From Candidatus Thorarchaeota archaeon SMTZ1-45 (GTDB taxonomy: Archaea > Asgardarchaeota > Thorarchaeia > Thorarchaeales > Thorarchaeaceae), in the NCBI GenBank assembly GCA_001563335.1, contig LRSL01000072.1, positions 1-51,214 on the forward strand: a stretch of DNA of 51,214 nt, read 5' to 3'. The first letter of the stretch is position 1, and every line of letters begins with the position of its first letter. Positions 28,945 through 38,869 of this stretch are shown here, one piece after another. Under the pieces are notes generated by a model, which saw only the letters and a list, made by a program, of their open reading frames with translations, searched no databases and was not told the DNA's origin. Made by a program: the position numbers and the translations under genes.

Positions 28945-29685
28945 TTAGAGGGGGGAATAGCCAGCTTTCTCTGTCAGAGATTTTTCTTTGATCTCACAAA
29001 CCCAGAACTTGTATGCGCAGATGTAATCTTCAGTTCCCCGAAGGTCAATAAGTCGTGAACTAAACAACCTTCTCATCAATCTCATATATCTAAAGAATGG
29101 GTCTCCAGGTAGTACTACTTCAGCGATGCAATTGATTTGGTAGCTCTGATTTTGAGGTGCTAATGGTTGCGTCCAAAAGAAGTTCAGACTCACACGTGGG
29201 TCTCTTAGAATATTCTGGTAGGTGACATCCCCATACATCTCAACTGCTCCGAATCTGAAACGGTCAATCTTTTTGTCATCTAGCATGATCTTCTGGTAAA
29301 GCTCAATTCGTTCTTCGATAGTTTCACCGAATGGTCTGCCTTGAAATGAGAGCTCTGCACCCTCTAGCTCAAGAATCATGTCTTCCAGTGCCTCATCAGT
29401 GAGAGTAAGTCTAACCAACTTTTTTGCAGAATTTACTGGGAAAATACCAGTTGCATTTTTCGTTGAAACTGTCGGTTTCATCAAGGTATCTTCATAGAGC
29501 CTACGGATCTTATCATCTGCATCTTGAGCCCCTTCGAGTGTGTTCACAATGGCTTCATAAATTGCATCTGGAATCGCATTTAATGGAAAAGAGACCTCGA
29601 GTCCACTAAGCACAATGTCAATCTTTCTCAGCTCGCGATCAATGAACTTAATTCTGGTAGGTTTCTCATCCGGCAATGGATACAC
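28945..29685 (-). CDS. Pyridoxamine 5'-phosphate oxidase-like (split-barrel) protein
   Basis: TYQNILRDPRVSLNFFW...SYQINCIAEVV resembles archaeal PNPOx-like proteins. Confidence 0.55.
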   Translation of the reverse strand: MYPLPDEKPTRIKFIDRELRKIDIVLSGLEVSFPLNAIPDAIYEAIVNTLEGAQDADDKIRRLYEDTLMKPTVSTKNATGIFPVNSAKKLVRLTLTDEALEDMILELEGAELSFQGRPFGETIEERIELYQKIMLDDKKIDRFRFGAVEMYGDVTYQNILRDPRVSLNFFWTQPLAPQNQSYQINCIAEVVLPGDPFFRYMRLMRRLFSSRLIDLRGTEDYICAYKFWVCEIKEKSLTEKAGYSPL

Positions 29686-29854
29686 ATCGTAAGTGTTTTC
29701 TCAGATGGCTTCAATTCTTGTTATTTCTTGCCTTCTGGCTGGTTTCATTTCCCATATGCTATATTTAACGATATGTTGGACAAGTGATACCCACTGAAAA
29801 AGCCTCATAAGAGAATCTGCACGACAAAGTTCCGAAGTTAATCGTGGATAAGGT

Positions 29855-30142
29855 TTGAGCAACATGGTTGAAGCATTCGAGATTGACTCAGAGGCTAAAC
29901 TGATTGAGTCCAAGTATGATGTTGTTGAGGTTGATACGAATAAGGTCCTAGTATTTGTAGTCCATGAGAATAAAACCGTCTACCTTTGGAGGGGTAAGAA
30001 CGCAGAAATCGTCACGAAGCTAATTGGGACTCGAGTTGCAGCTAGATTGAGTCACACCTATCCTGATTACAGAATACGCCCTATCTCTGAGGGAAATGAG
30101 CCAGCTGCATTCAAACATCTTCTGGGCAAGAAACTCAAATGA
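29855..30142 (+). CDS. Single-domain gelsolin-like protein
   Basis: VLVFVVHENKTVYLWRGKNA...ISEGNEPAAFKHLLG carries the gelsolin hallmarks (Y-x-W-x-G-K and EG-x-EP-x-x-F). Confidence 0.82.
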   Translation: MSNMVEAFEIDSEAKLIESKYDVVEVDTNKVLVFVVHENKTVYLWRGKNAEIVTKLIGTRVAARLSHTYPDYRIRPISEGNEPAAFKHLLGKKLK

Positions 30143-30190
30143 AATTTCTAAGCACCAGAAAACACTTAGTTGTAGATGTAATCATACTGG

Positions 30191-30496
30191 ATGGTGACGT
30201 TTCTGAGTATAGATCGACTTGCATATTTGAGTATGATACGCAACGTTCGAAGAGGGCTTGAAACTAGGACTCAAATAATTAAACAGCTTGATCCAGATAA
30301 CTGGGTAACAACTACTGCAATTTCCAGAAATGTTGATGTTACATTTACAACTGTTCTCTATCATTTAAGAAACCTTGAGAGAGAAAGAATTGTAGAACGT
30401 AATCCTGGAGGACATGGTTGGAGGTTTGGTCCTTTCCAACAGAGTGATTTATCTCAATACTTAGAAACTAAACCTAGTCGAAAGAAAAAGAGATAG
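30191..30496 (+). CDS. Winged HTH (ArsR-like) DNA-binding protein
   Basis: TRTQIIKQL...TTTAISRNVDVTFTTVLYHLRNLERERIVER; basic tail. Confidence 0.8.
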   Translation: MVTFLSIDRLAYLSMIRNVRRGLETRTQIIKQLDPDNWVTTTAISRNVDVTFTTVLYHLRNLERERIVERNPGGHGWRFGPFQQSDLSQYLETKPSRKKKR

Positions 30497-30506
30497 TTGC
30501 AGCAAA

Positions 30507-31259
30507 ATGAAACTTCGAGCTATTGTTAGACCACCTGGTCGAAATTTCAAGAGTTGCATATCAACTCATCCATATCATCACACGGTCAATCTTGGATTAG
30601 CTTTGAAACAACATGAGAAATATTGTAGTGTACTTCAGGAACTTGGTTTAGACTTAATAGAGCTCTCACCTGATGATGAACATCCAGATTCCTGTTTTGT
30701 AGAAGATACAGCTGTCGTTTCTGGGACTCGTGCTTTAATAACAAGAATGGCAAAGGAAAGTCGTCGAGGGGAGAGTGAACGGATCGAAGAAATTCTTTCA
30801 GAATTCAAACAGATTTCTTCGGTGAAAGCACCTGGAACTCTAGAAGGTGGCGATGTGGTTCATCTTCCTGATTCACTTCTCTGTGGTATCACACAACGTA
30901 CAAACTTTGAAGGAGCTACCCAGATGGAACATTGGCTAGAAACCCCAATTCATTGCATCGAAGATCCCAGCATTGTGCACATTAAGAGCCATATCACTTA
31001 TCTAAACAAGAATTTCATCCTAGTGAATCCCCGATATATCGATAATTCTATTCTAGATAGATTCACGAAGATTATTCTTCCAAAAGAAGAAGTGCACTCT
31101 GCAAACACGCTCACTATTGGAGATGTTGTTATCTTATCAGCACGGCATAATAAGACATCTAAACTAGTTAATGAGGCTGGGTTTGATGTAATTCAACTTG
31201 ATATGAGTGAGTTCGAAAAATGCGATGGAGCCTTAACCTGCTTATCCATCATTTTCTAA
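30507..31259 (+). CDS. Dimethylargininase (DDAH) / amidinotransferase family
   Basis: PDSCFVEDTAV, SRRGE, LEGGDV, RTN, HIKS, catalytic GALTC. Confidence 0.92.
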   Translation: MKLRAIVRPPGRNFKSCISTHPYHHTVNLGLALKQHEKYCSVLQELGLDLIELSPDDEHPDSCFVEDTAVVSGTRALITRMAKESRRGESERIEEILSEFKQISSVKAPGTLEGGDVVHLPDSLLCGITQRTNFEGATQMEHWLETPIHCIEDPSIVHIKSHITYLNKNFILVNPRYIDNSILDRFTKIILPKEEVHSANTLTIGDVVILSARHNKTSKLVNEAGFDVIQLDMSEFEKCDGALTCLSIIF

Positions 31260-31262
31260 ATA

Positions 31263-32192
31263 TTACCAGAATTCAGCATAGAAGTCTTTAGCATTCAGCC
31301 AGTATATCTTTCGAAGCACACTCCTTGGCAAATCAAGACCATTGATGAATGTACCACCAGAATTTACTGTATCAGTATCTGTGAATGGTAGTGGTCTTTG
31401 TTTTATTGCTGTTTCAAGTAGTAATCTAAGAGCTAGATACCGCCCCTCATAGTAATCCCTCTCTGGTCTCCATGTCACACAATCTGTCCCAAAAACAATC
31501 CTGTTTTGATACTTTTTGAAGAACTCCCTTGCTCTCCTTGGGTCCTTACTAAGTTCTCGAGAAACCCATCTTGCTGAGCTAGTATCGATGTTGAAATTGG
31601 GATAAGTATCAAACCAGCGAGCTAAATTATCCAGTCTGTATATTTCAGGTTGAGATCCAAAATGTGCCAATTGAAACTTCAGAGCACTGTGTCGTTTCAA
31701 CACTCCTTCAAGCTCATCGAGGTCTCTCTCTTTAGATGAATAGACGGAGGTGTCTGTATATCTTGTGGAATAATATGTATCTGGATCAGAAAGATGTAGT
31801 AGAAATGGAATCCCTTCATCCTTCATGACATCAAAAACTCTCGCCATCTCATTTTCATCCATCCTTAGATCATCCGGCTTTGCAGCTGTTCTCCCTCTCA
31901 TTACAGGAGCTGATTGCATCTTTGCCATATGATAACCCTCATCTCGAAGAGTGGCTATTTCTTTGAGAATTGTATCTACTCCATCGACAAACCGCATAGC
32001 ACCTGAGAAGTATTTAGCAAAAATGAATCTCCCAGGATAAGTCTTCTCCGCATAATTCCTAGCTCCCAAGCTGTGACAAATTAAGAGTGATTCCTTTACA
32101 CCATAACTCTCACTAATTTCTACCAGCATATCAAGAGCATCTGTATCTACAACATGAATATGTGCATCGAATATGGGTTCATTGAATGTCAA
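31263..32192 (-). CDS. Amidohydrolase_2 family metallo-hydrolase
   Basis: FDAHIH, LLHLSDP, AHFG, DTSSARW, IVFGTD, KIYWLNA. Confidence 0.88.
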   Translation of the reverse strand: MTFNEPIFDAHIHVVDTDALDMLVEISESYGVKESLLICHSLGARNYAEKTYPGRFIFAKYFSGAMRFVDGVDTILKEIATLRDEGYHMAKMQSAPVMRGRTAAKPDDLRMDENEMARVFDVMKDEGIPFLLHLSDPDTYYSTRYTDTSVYSSKERDLDELEGVLKRHSALKFQLAHFGSQPEIYRLDNLARWFDTYPNFNIDTSSARWVSRELSKDPRRAREFFKKYQNRIVFGTDCVTWRPERDYYEGRYLALRLLLETAIKQRPLPFTDTDTVNSGGTFINGLDLPRSVLRKIYWLNAKDFYAEFW

Positions 32193-32341
32193 TTCTGGAT
32201 GCAGTTCTTTACACCTAATAGCGGCTAAGTGTTGCCCATTGAAAACTCTGTTTGTTTAGGATGAGTATGTAGGCAAATAGCTTTTCTGTATTCATTTTTC
32301 ATTCGAAGTGAACCGCAAGCGCGGGTTAAGGAGAATGTAGA

Positions 32342-33031
32342 ATGAATCGCACGCTAAAAGTTGTGCTAGTAATCTCATTTGTAGCTATATTCCTGATATC
32401 ACCTGTAGCAGCAGCTACATCAGAAGGGCTTGAATGGGGTGTAGTACTAAATGACGAATTCACCTATCGTTTTGTATGGGTGGATGAAGGAGAAACTACC
32501 TTTGATGAAGGTATGAATATCACAGTCGAAGCTACTCCTGGGGCAATACCTGATCCTCTATCAGATTGGACCTCAATTCCCACAGTAGATATTGATATGT
32601 ACTATACCAATGGTACAGCACTTGGTATAGAAGCTCTGCTCTTTCTTGGCTTTATAGGAATTGGAGGATATTTTATTGTACCTACTGGCAACTATAATCT
32701 GTTAACTGAATTAGCAATGGACTCTGACTGGTGGACTGAGAATCATACAATCATCAATGACTCATCAGTTTGGGGTGTCCGATTATCTGGAGTAGATGAC
32801 GGGGATCCTGTATCACTCTATGTACAGTATCTGAAATCAGATGGATTCTGCGCTAGATACGTCCTTGAGGCTACAAACAGTACATCTGGTGTCAAAACTA
32901 CAGTTTCATTGATACGTGATGGACTTGGGCTTGACATCCTTGGACTACTCCAAGATAACATTCTATATGTCGGTTTAGGGGTAGGCGTGATAGTTATAAT
33001 AGGTGCTGTAGTTTGCATGCGTAGAAGGTAA
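32342..33031 (+). CDS. Secreted protein with C-terminal TM anchor
   Basis: Signal peptide (..SPVAAA), acidic body, terminal TM plus MRRR; AGGAG SD. Confidence 0.82.
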   Translation: MNRTLKVVLVISFVAIFLISPVAAATSEGLEWGVVLNDEFTYRFVWVDEGETTFDEGMNITVEATPGAIPDPLSDWTSIPTVDIDMYYTNGTALGIEALLFLGFIGIGGYFIVPTGNYNLLTELAMDSDWWTENHTIINDSSVWGVRLSGVDDGDPVSLYVQYLKSDGFCARYVLEATNSTSGVKTTVSLIRDGLGLDILGLLQDNILYVGLGVGVIVIIGAVVCMRRR

Positions 33032-33036
33032 AGAGA

Positions 33037-33065
33037 GTGGGGTTCTGCCCCACCTACTTCTTTTT
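33037..33065 (+). terminator. Hairpin terminator between convergent genes
   Basis: GTGGGG-TTCTG-CCCCAC (33037-33053) then CTACTTCTTTTT. Confidence 0.6.
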
Positions 33066-34396
33066 CATTCTTTATTCAGACATGACCAGAGATTCTCAGC
33101 TGATTTCCTAGACACTTCTAACACATGAGCATCAGTTGTTTGAGTCAGTAATCTGTCCTTTACAACGACTCTTCCATTCACAATGACATCTCTAACGTCA
33201 CGTCCACTAAAGGTATTGACAAGATGACCAATAATTGATGTGGGAGTGATTGGTGTGGGAGCTCTTGAACCATCCAATATCACGATATCAGCTAATTTCC
33301 TCTTCTCAATACTACCCAACTCATTTCCCAGACCATAGCAATGAGCTCCCTCTATTGTAGCCATTCGAAAGATCTCATCAGAACCGATTATACTTGGATT
33401 GCCACTTGCCAATCGATGCACAGTTAAGGCACATCTCATATTTTCAAATGGATCATAAATCCATCCATCATTTCCAAGACCTACGGTGATCCCTTTACTT
33501 AGCATAGCTGGAACTGGTGCAACTCCCACAGCATTCAACATATTGCTCATTGGGTTGTGCGCAACTGAAGCTCTTCTCTTCGCAATCAGATCTAGTTCAT
33601 GGTCATTTACGTGGACACAATGAGCGAGAACTGTCTTAGGTCCAAGAACCTCGAGTCTATCCAGTCGCTCCACTGTTCTTTCTCCAGATGCTTCAAGATT
33701 GTGGTATAGATCTACAAGACCTTCAGAGGTATGAACTGTTATTGGGACGTCAAGCTGCTTTGCTTGTTCTACTGCTCTTGCGACGATTTCATCTCCAACT
33801 GTGAATGATGCATGAAGACTTATCATACCAGAGACCAATTCATCATTTTTGTAAGATTCAATGAATCTAATTCCCTCCTGAAACCCCCTATGAGCCTCAT
33901 CAGGATTATTCCTTTCGGTCATTTCGAAGGCAAGGACACCTCGGATACCAATTTCCTTTGAACCTCGAGCAATTTCGGTAAGACTTCCTTCAATAGAATT
34001 TGGTCCAGAGTAAGTATCTGCAAAAAAAGTAGAGCCATTTCTCAACATATCGGCTCCTGCTGACAAGGCACTTGCATAGGCGTCTTCCTGAGTCAAAGCT
34101 TCATCAACAGGCCACCAAACTCGTTGAAGAACTTGAACAAAATCTGTTGGTGGTTTGATATTTAAGCTAGCTCCACGCAATAGAATGCCATAAAGGTGTG
34201 TGTGTGCTGTAATCAAACCTGGGATGATAACACATCCAGTGGCATCAATAACTGTATCAGCGCTGAATTTCGCTTCACCTTCACTTATTTCAGAAATCCT
34301 TTCTCCATGGATCCTAACATAACCTTCTGGAATTATAGTTTCTCTTTTATCACCAGTAACAATCATACCATTCTTAATCAGAAGTTCTTCGCTCAT
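33065..34396 (-). CDS. Amidohydrolase, SsnA/MtaD-like deaminase
   Basis: PGLITAHTHLY, HASFT, HTSEG, AHCVH, HNPMSNM, GLGNDG, ADIVILD; ATG after AGAA at 34396. Confidence 0.9.
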   Translation of the reverse strand: MSEELLIKNGMIVTGDKRETIIPEGYVRIHGERISEISEGEAKFSADTVIDATGCVIIPGLITAHTHLYGILLRGASLNIKPPTDFVQVLQRVWWPVDEALTQEDAYASALSAGADMLRNGSTFFADTYSGPNSIEGSLTEIARGSKEIGIRGVLAFEMTERNNPDEAHRGFQEGIRFIESYKNDELVSGMISLHASFTVGDEIVARAVEQAKQLDVPITVHTSEGLVDLYHNLEASGERTVERLDRLEVLGPKTVLAHCVHVNDHELDLIAKRRASVAHNPMSNMLNAVGVAPVPAMLSKGITVGLGNDGWIYDPFENMRCALTVHRLASGNPSIIGSDEIFRMATIEGAHCYGLGNELGSIEKRKLADIVILDGSRAPTPITPTSIIGHLVNTFSGRDVRDVIVNGRVVVKDRLLTQTTDAHVLEVSRKSAENLWSCLNKE

Positions 34397-34463
34397 TTCT
34401 TGACTCCACCAATCGTGTTTTATCAACAGGCAATAAGATTACTCTTTGTGTCAAGTTCAAACA

Positions 34464-35972
34464 TCAGAGTTCAATGTCAACATAACTAACAGTGCCCTTG
34501 CTAGAACGATAGATGATACCTTGCTTTTCTAGCTCATCCATCGCATTCTCAAACTCCTCCTCACTTATACCTATTTCCGCGGCTTTCGTTAGTAGATCAT
34601 TCAATGGTACATCTTTCCCTATAGTTTCTGACATTCGTTGCAACAATAACAGAAATTTGCTTGCAGGAGGTATTGTGGGGTCTAGGGGGAGTTCTATTGG
34701 TTTATCCATTATGTCTTCTTCAGATTCTTCTATAGATTTCTTCTGAGCTCCAAGAAGAGCGCTCAGAAGTGTCGATTTATCTTTCTCTCCAAAGATGGTT
34801 TCTTCTCCTGATAATGGAGGCGACATAAGATCTGAGAGTGATACACCAATAGGCTCAGGAGAATCTTCTACTTCGATAGATTTAGGTTCAACAGATACTT
34901 TCCGCATAATTTCATGCATTGGATCGACCTTCTCTATCTCAATTCCTAGCCATTCAGAGTCAAGGTCTTTGTTGGCTTGAGCTGCTTTTAGTAGCTGAGT
35001 TCGGTATTGTTTCTCCAATTTCTTTCTTTGTTCTTTAAGAGTCGAATCATGGCATTTTATTGAACCAAGTAATAGGAGAGTTCTTTCTGCTTGTCCTCGT
35101 ACTCTGGTATGCGTTTCCTTCACGAGAAAACTCAAGATTTTAGATATTGCAGAGAATCTCGAATTTCGAATATTGAGTTTTTCCAGAAGTGCTTGCTTTA
35201 CCCGCCAGTTTGAATCGCCAACCAACTCCAATACAAAACCTGAAGTAGTCTTTATACCAGCACCTGATATTGCTGATGCAATCTCTACTCTCTCTTGCCA
35301 TTTACTACCCTTCAGAAATGCAGAAAGATGAATGTATGTTGTTTGGTCTACAATTCCACAAATGTATGGAAGTATATCCCTTCTCTTTTTTGATGCAATA
35401 TCTACTAGAAGTTTGATTAACTTCTTTCGTGTCTTTTCTGGAAATATTCGAAGTGGTGCAACTGCCCCAAGAGATATGTCGTCAATGTTCTCTCGAATTT
35501 GGCCTGTGACCCATCTACGACCGGGTTCACCCAAAAACCTCATCAGTGCAAAAACAGTTGGCTGGTGTCCTTTCCCAAGATTCTCCAAGGCATCAATCCA
35601 TCTCTTTTGTTCTTGTCTGGATTCCGGTCCACCAGTTTGAGAGAACATCTCATGAATGCCTTGAAGGACTTGTTCTCTCTCTACAGGATTCAAGATTTTT
35701 AGATTATTAAAAAGCTCTGATATGTAAGGTCCAAATACACTTTTGCCAGCTACAGTGAATGCAGCTTGCTTCACATTCTGGTCATTAGCATCAAGTAGCT
35801 CCATGGCTTTAGGAAGAAGCGATCTATAGGTACTATGAGAAGCAAGTCTTCCCACGGCATCATACATAGTTCCTAAATCTGGCGAGTCGATATCATAAGC
35901 AATTTTCTTCAGCTCTTTGAGTGCCTTTATTTCTAGAGCTTGATAATCCAGGGAGTCCTTCTTTATACTCAC
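34464..35972 (-). CDS. HEAT-repeat protein with C-terminal winged-helix domain
   Basis: HEAT-like motifs (LLDANDQNVKQAA, WQERVEIASAI, LVGDSNWRVKQALL, ETHTRVRGQAERTL), acidic linker, then GISEEEFENAMDELEKQGIIYRSSKGTVSYV. Confidence 0.72.
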   Translation of the reverse strand: MSIKKDSLDYQALEIKALKELKKIAYDIDSPDLGTMYDAVGRLASHSTYRSLLPKAMELLDANDQNVKQAAFTVAGKSVFGPYISELFNNLKILNPVEREQVLQGIHEMFSQTGGPESRQEQKRWIDALENLGKGHQPTVFALMRFLGEPGRRWVTGQIRENIDDISLGAVAPLRIFPEKTRKKLIKLLVDIASKKRRDILPYICGIVDQTTYIHLSAFLKGSKWQERVEIASAISGAGIKTTSGFVLELVGDSNWRVKQALLEKLNIRNSRFSAISKILSFLVKETHTRVRGQAERTLLLLGSIKCHDSTLKEQRKKLEKQYRTQLLKAAQANKDLDSEWLGIEIEKVDPMHEIMRKVSVEPKSIEVEDSPEPIGVSLSDLMSPPLSGEETIFGEKDKSTLLSALLGAQKKSIEESEEDIMDKPIELPLDPTIPPASKFLLLLQRMSETIGKDVPLNDLLTKAAEIGISEEEFENAMDELEKQGIIYRSSKGTVSYVDIEL

Positions 35973-36868
35973 TTTTTCTTCGTCCTCCCTTTCTTTTTCT
36001 TTGGTGTTTTCTTCGATTTCTTTTTCTTTATCCCTGACTTTTCATCTAGAAAATCTGCAAGTGGTGATTGTGCAATTTTTTCCTTGGGTCGTCTACTTGG
36101 AATTTCTTTTCTATCTCGTTCTTTCTCAACTGGAACACCATTCAAAGTGATTTGCTCTGTTGGAATTGGTCCTGTAATCGATGAACTTCTGTCTATCTCG
36201 AGCTCAACAAGAAAATGGTCATATGATTCCAATATTGAAGGGATTCTTGGATCGCTCATTTCGATTCTTGTTTCCATGACCTTTTCTTCTCTAAGAAATC
36301 GACTGCCAAGTTTGTTTTTCTCCAAAGAGCTCAAATCTAGTATCTGTTTCTTCTTAGCTTCCTTCTTGATTCTCGGTTTTGCTTTCCTAAAGATTTCTAA
36401 TTCAACATCTTCCATTTCAGAAACGAAAAAGCCTAATCCATCTCGCTTGAGTCCTGAAGGAATTAGGAATCTAGTCTTCCTCTTTTTGATTAGGTCCCCA
36501 ACGTGTTCAATACAGATGTTTCTGACCTTTCTTCTTCCTTCCTCCCAAGCGGACTCTTTTATAAAGTGATCAATGAGTTCAGATGTGGGAATATCTACTG
36601 CAATACTCAATGAAAGTATCTCAAAAGCGCCAAAAACTGCATCACGCATTAGGATTAGAGTTTCAGTCACATCTTTTTTTGGATGCTCTTTTGTCCAATA
36701 TTTCTCAATGTCCTTATAGATAGTGTGCCATGGATTTGCATTCTTGTCTGAAAAATAACCCTTCATCATATCTGCAACTGCATTAATATCGCCGCGTCTG
36801 CTGAGCTCGCATATCTTGTGAACATAAGCCAGTCGTCTAGACTTTGCAGATGCACGTTTCCTACTCAG
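35969..36868 (-). CDS. Hypothetical protein with Lys-rich C-terminal tail
   Basis: ORF track gives 35969..36769, but the frame stays open upstream to a CTG at 36868 preceded by GGAGG. The stop overlaps the next ATG (ATGA). Confidence 0.7.
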   Translation of the reverse strand: MSRKRASAKSRRLAYVHKICELSRRGDINAVADMMKGYFSDKNANPWHTIYKDIEKYWTKEHPKKDVTETLILMRDAVFGAFEILSLSIAVDIPTSELIDHFIKESAWEEGRRKVRNICIEHVGDLIKKRKTRFLIPSGLKRDGLGFFVSEMEDVELEIFRKAKPRIKKEAKKKQILDLSSLEKNKLGSRFLREEKVMETRIEMSDPRIPSILESYDHFLVELEIDRSSSITGPIPTEQITLNGVPVEKERDRKEIPSRRPKEKIAQSPLADFLDEKSGIKKKKSKKTPKKKKGRTKKK

Positions 36869-36980
36869 GGCATTCAGCCTCCAGACTCATCCATTTGAAT
36901 CAGAGAGGGCTATTTCCCTTTTGTGTTGTTGTATTGTTTTGATCAACATCGTCGATGATTGCATTACTGTATCAGTTTCA

Positions 36981-37520
36981 CTAATTCCGTTTCAGCCTTT
37001 TCATCTCTTTCTCAACACGTTCTTTCTCTACAATTAAAGAACGACCCTCATCAACTAACGCTGCCATCTCTTCTCGATATTTCTTCTTTGTGATGAACTT
37101 GCTATTGAGCTGAGCTTCAAGTGTTGCACGTCTTTTCTTGATTTCCTGCAAAGCACTATCAATGGAACGATGTCGAACTCTCAGCATCAATAAATTCTTT
37201 CCATCTTGATCCTTTATTTTTGCATCACTAATTGTTTTAGGAGCTTTTCTTACCGTGGCTATTGACTCTCCAAGCTCCTTTTTTGCAGGACTAACTAAGA
37301 CTTGGGGTGGTTTGACCTTTGGTTCTTTTGGTATCGTTTTTTTAGGAGCTGTCTTGACAGGATTGACGACCGTGTCTTTTTTTGCTTGAGAGGTCTTTGT
37401 TTCTTCTTTTGTGAACTTGAGAGTTCTCCCCTCTTCTTTTGCCATCTTCTCCAGACTTTCTTTGTATCTCTTTAACCTTTCTTCAGGAGAATGTTCATAT
37501 GGCAAGGTAGAATCGCTCAC
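36981..37520 (-). CDS. Lys-rich coiled-coil hypothetical protein
   Basis: 179 aa, K/E-rich helices flanking a K/P/T linker. Confidence 0.7.
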   Translation of the reverse strand: MSDSTLPYEHSPEERLKRYKESLEKMAKEEGRTLKFTKEETKTSQAKKDTVVNPVKTAPKKTIPKEPKVKPPQVLVSPAKKELGESIATVRKAPKTISDAKIKDQDGKNLLMLRVRHRSIDSALQEIKKRRATLEAQLNSKFITKKKYREEMAALVDEGRSLIVEKERVEKEMKRLKRN

Positions 37521-37625
37521 TCTTAAACTGATTTCGAAACTGATAATGGCTCACTGAATCTTTTCTTCACGTAGTCTTTTAATGATTCTCCAGATTTAAC
37601 CTTCCAAGAATTTCAATTGGTGCCA

Positions 37626-38819
37626 TCAATAGAATGAGGGAGCTGTTTCTGTGACAGTTGAAGGACCTTTCTGCTTGTTTGTCTCTTTAGGTGCCAATAC
37701 TTCTATCAGCTTATAATTCTGAGATCCCATCCCAAGTTTCTCTGCATAATCTAGGGTTATGTATGGATTCTTCATAGGTCCATGCATCTTTTGAAATGGG
37801 TGCAAATCTTCTCCTTTATGAAGTCTGACAAAGGGAGGCATCATATTCTCGATTATCTTCTGTTTCCCAATAAGATCCAGACTCGCTCTTTCAACTGCAA
37901 CAATATCCCGACTACCAAGAACTCCTATATCATTCAAGACATTTGGTAGTCCGAATCCCCAGCAGTCACAGAAAGGAGTGATATTGATTGCGAAGTTGAG
38001 AAAGAATTTTTTATCTTCATCATATTGCTTGAGTACCTCGTTTGCTCCAATAGCCATTAATTCTTGAAATAGTGAGAAGTTCTCCTGCTTGATTTGAAGA
38101 CAGCCAACATTTTTGTCTATCTTTAAACAATCTAAACACTGATGGCACATACCTAAATCGAGTGTAAGCTTGTGTTTCTTGTCATCATATTTGATGTATC
38201 CATCTTCGCATGCATCTACTAGCTTCTTAGCATGCTCAGGAGTGCATTTGTCAGCATTCCAATACGGCAATGATTGTTCAACACCGTGTATCTTGGTCCA
38301 TCTTGAAGGACCATGATATCCTCCTAATGCGATGTTCTTGATAGCACCTCCAAAACCACAAGTGTTGTGTCCTTTGACATGAGTTAGATCAATGAGTGCA
38401 TCAGCATCGTGGAGGACACCGCCCATCTCTAAGGTTTTCACATTATGGAAATCTGCCTTGAATGTGTATGTATACGAGTCTTTCACACCAGCGATTGGAA
38501 TTAAGGGACATCCGCAGGTCTCTTGAGTGTATCCTCTTTCTGCAGCATTGTATACTGCAGTAGGATTATCTGTGATAAACGGATATCCCCCGACTTCCTT
38601 GACTGCCTTGACAATACGCCTAACAAAGAACACTGGAACTGTTTGGTAACCATCTCGAAATCCCAAATGCATCTTGATAGCGACTTTGTCCTTCTTCTTG
38701 ATTGTCGAGAAATCAAGCATTTTGATGACTTCATCAACTTTTGCTGCAAAAGCTGCCCATTCCGCTGTATTTCCTGGTATCACTGATCCAAAATATACTT
38801 CAGCTGGTTCTGAATTCAT
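37626..38819 (-). CDS. DUF362 domain Fe-S protein
   Basis: VAIKMHLG, THVKGH..GFGGAIKNIALG, CHQCLDC, ITPFCDC, DIGVLGSRDIVAVERASLDLI. Confidence 0.88.
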   Translation of the reverse strand: MNSEPAEVYFGSVIPGNTAEWAAFAAKVDEVIKMLDFSTIKKKDKVAIKMHLGFRDGYQTVPVFFVRRIVKAVKEVGGYPFITDNPTAVYNAAERGYTQETCGCPLIPIAGVKDSYTYTFKADFHNVKTLEMGGVLHDADALIDLTHVKGHNTCGFGGAIKNIALGGYHGPSRWTKIHGVEQSLPYWNADKCTPEHAKKLVDACEDGYIKYDDKKHKLTLDLGMCHQCLDCLKIDKNVGCLQIKQENFSLFQELMAIGANEVLKQYDEDKKFFLNFAINITPFCDCWGFGLPNVLNDIGVLGSRDIVAVERASLDLIGKQKIIENMMPPFVRLHKGEDLHPFQKMHGPMKNPYITLDYAEKLGMGSQNYKLIEVLAPKETNKQKGPSTVTETAPSFY

Positions 38820-38869
38820 AATCTTACAAACTGAATTTCATAGTTAAAATGGTTCCTGATTAAACAATG

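Noticed and set aside
35940-36569. 209-aa Phe/Ser-rich ORF on the + strand
   Set aside because: Antisense shadow of the Lys/Glu-rich minus-strand gene.
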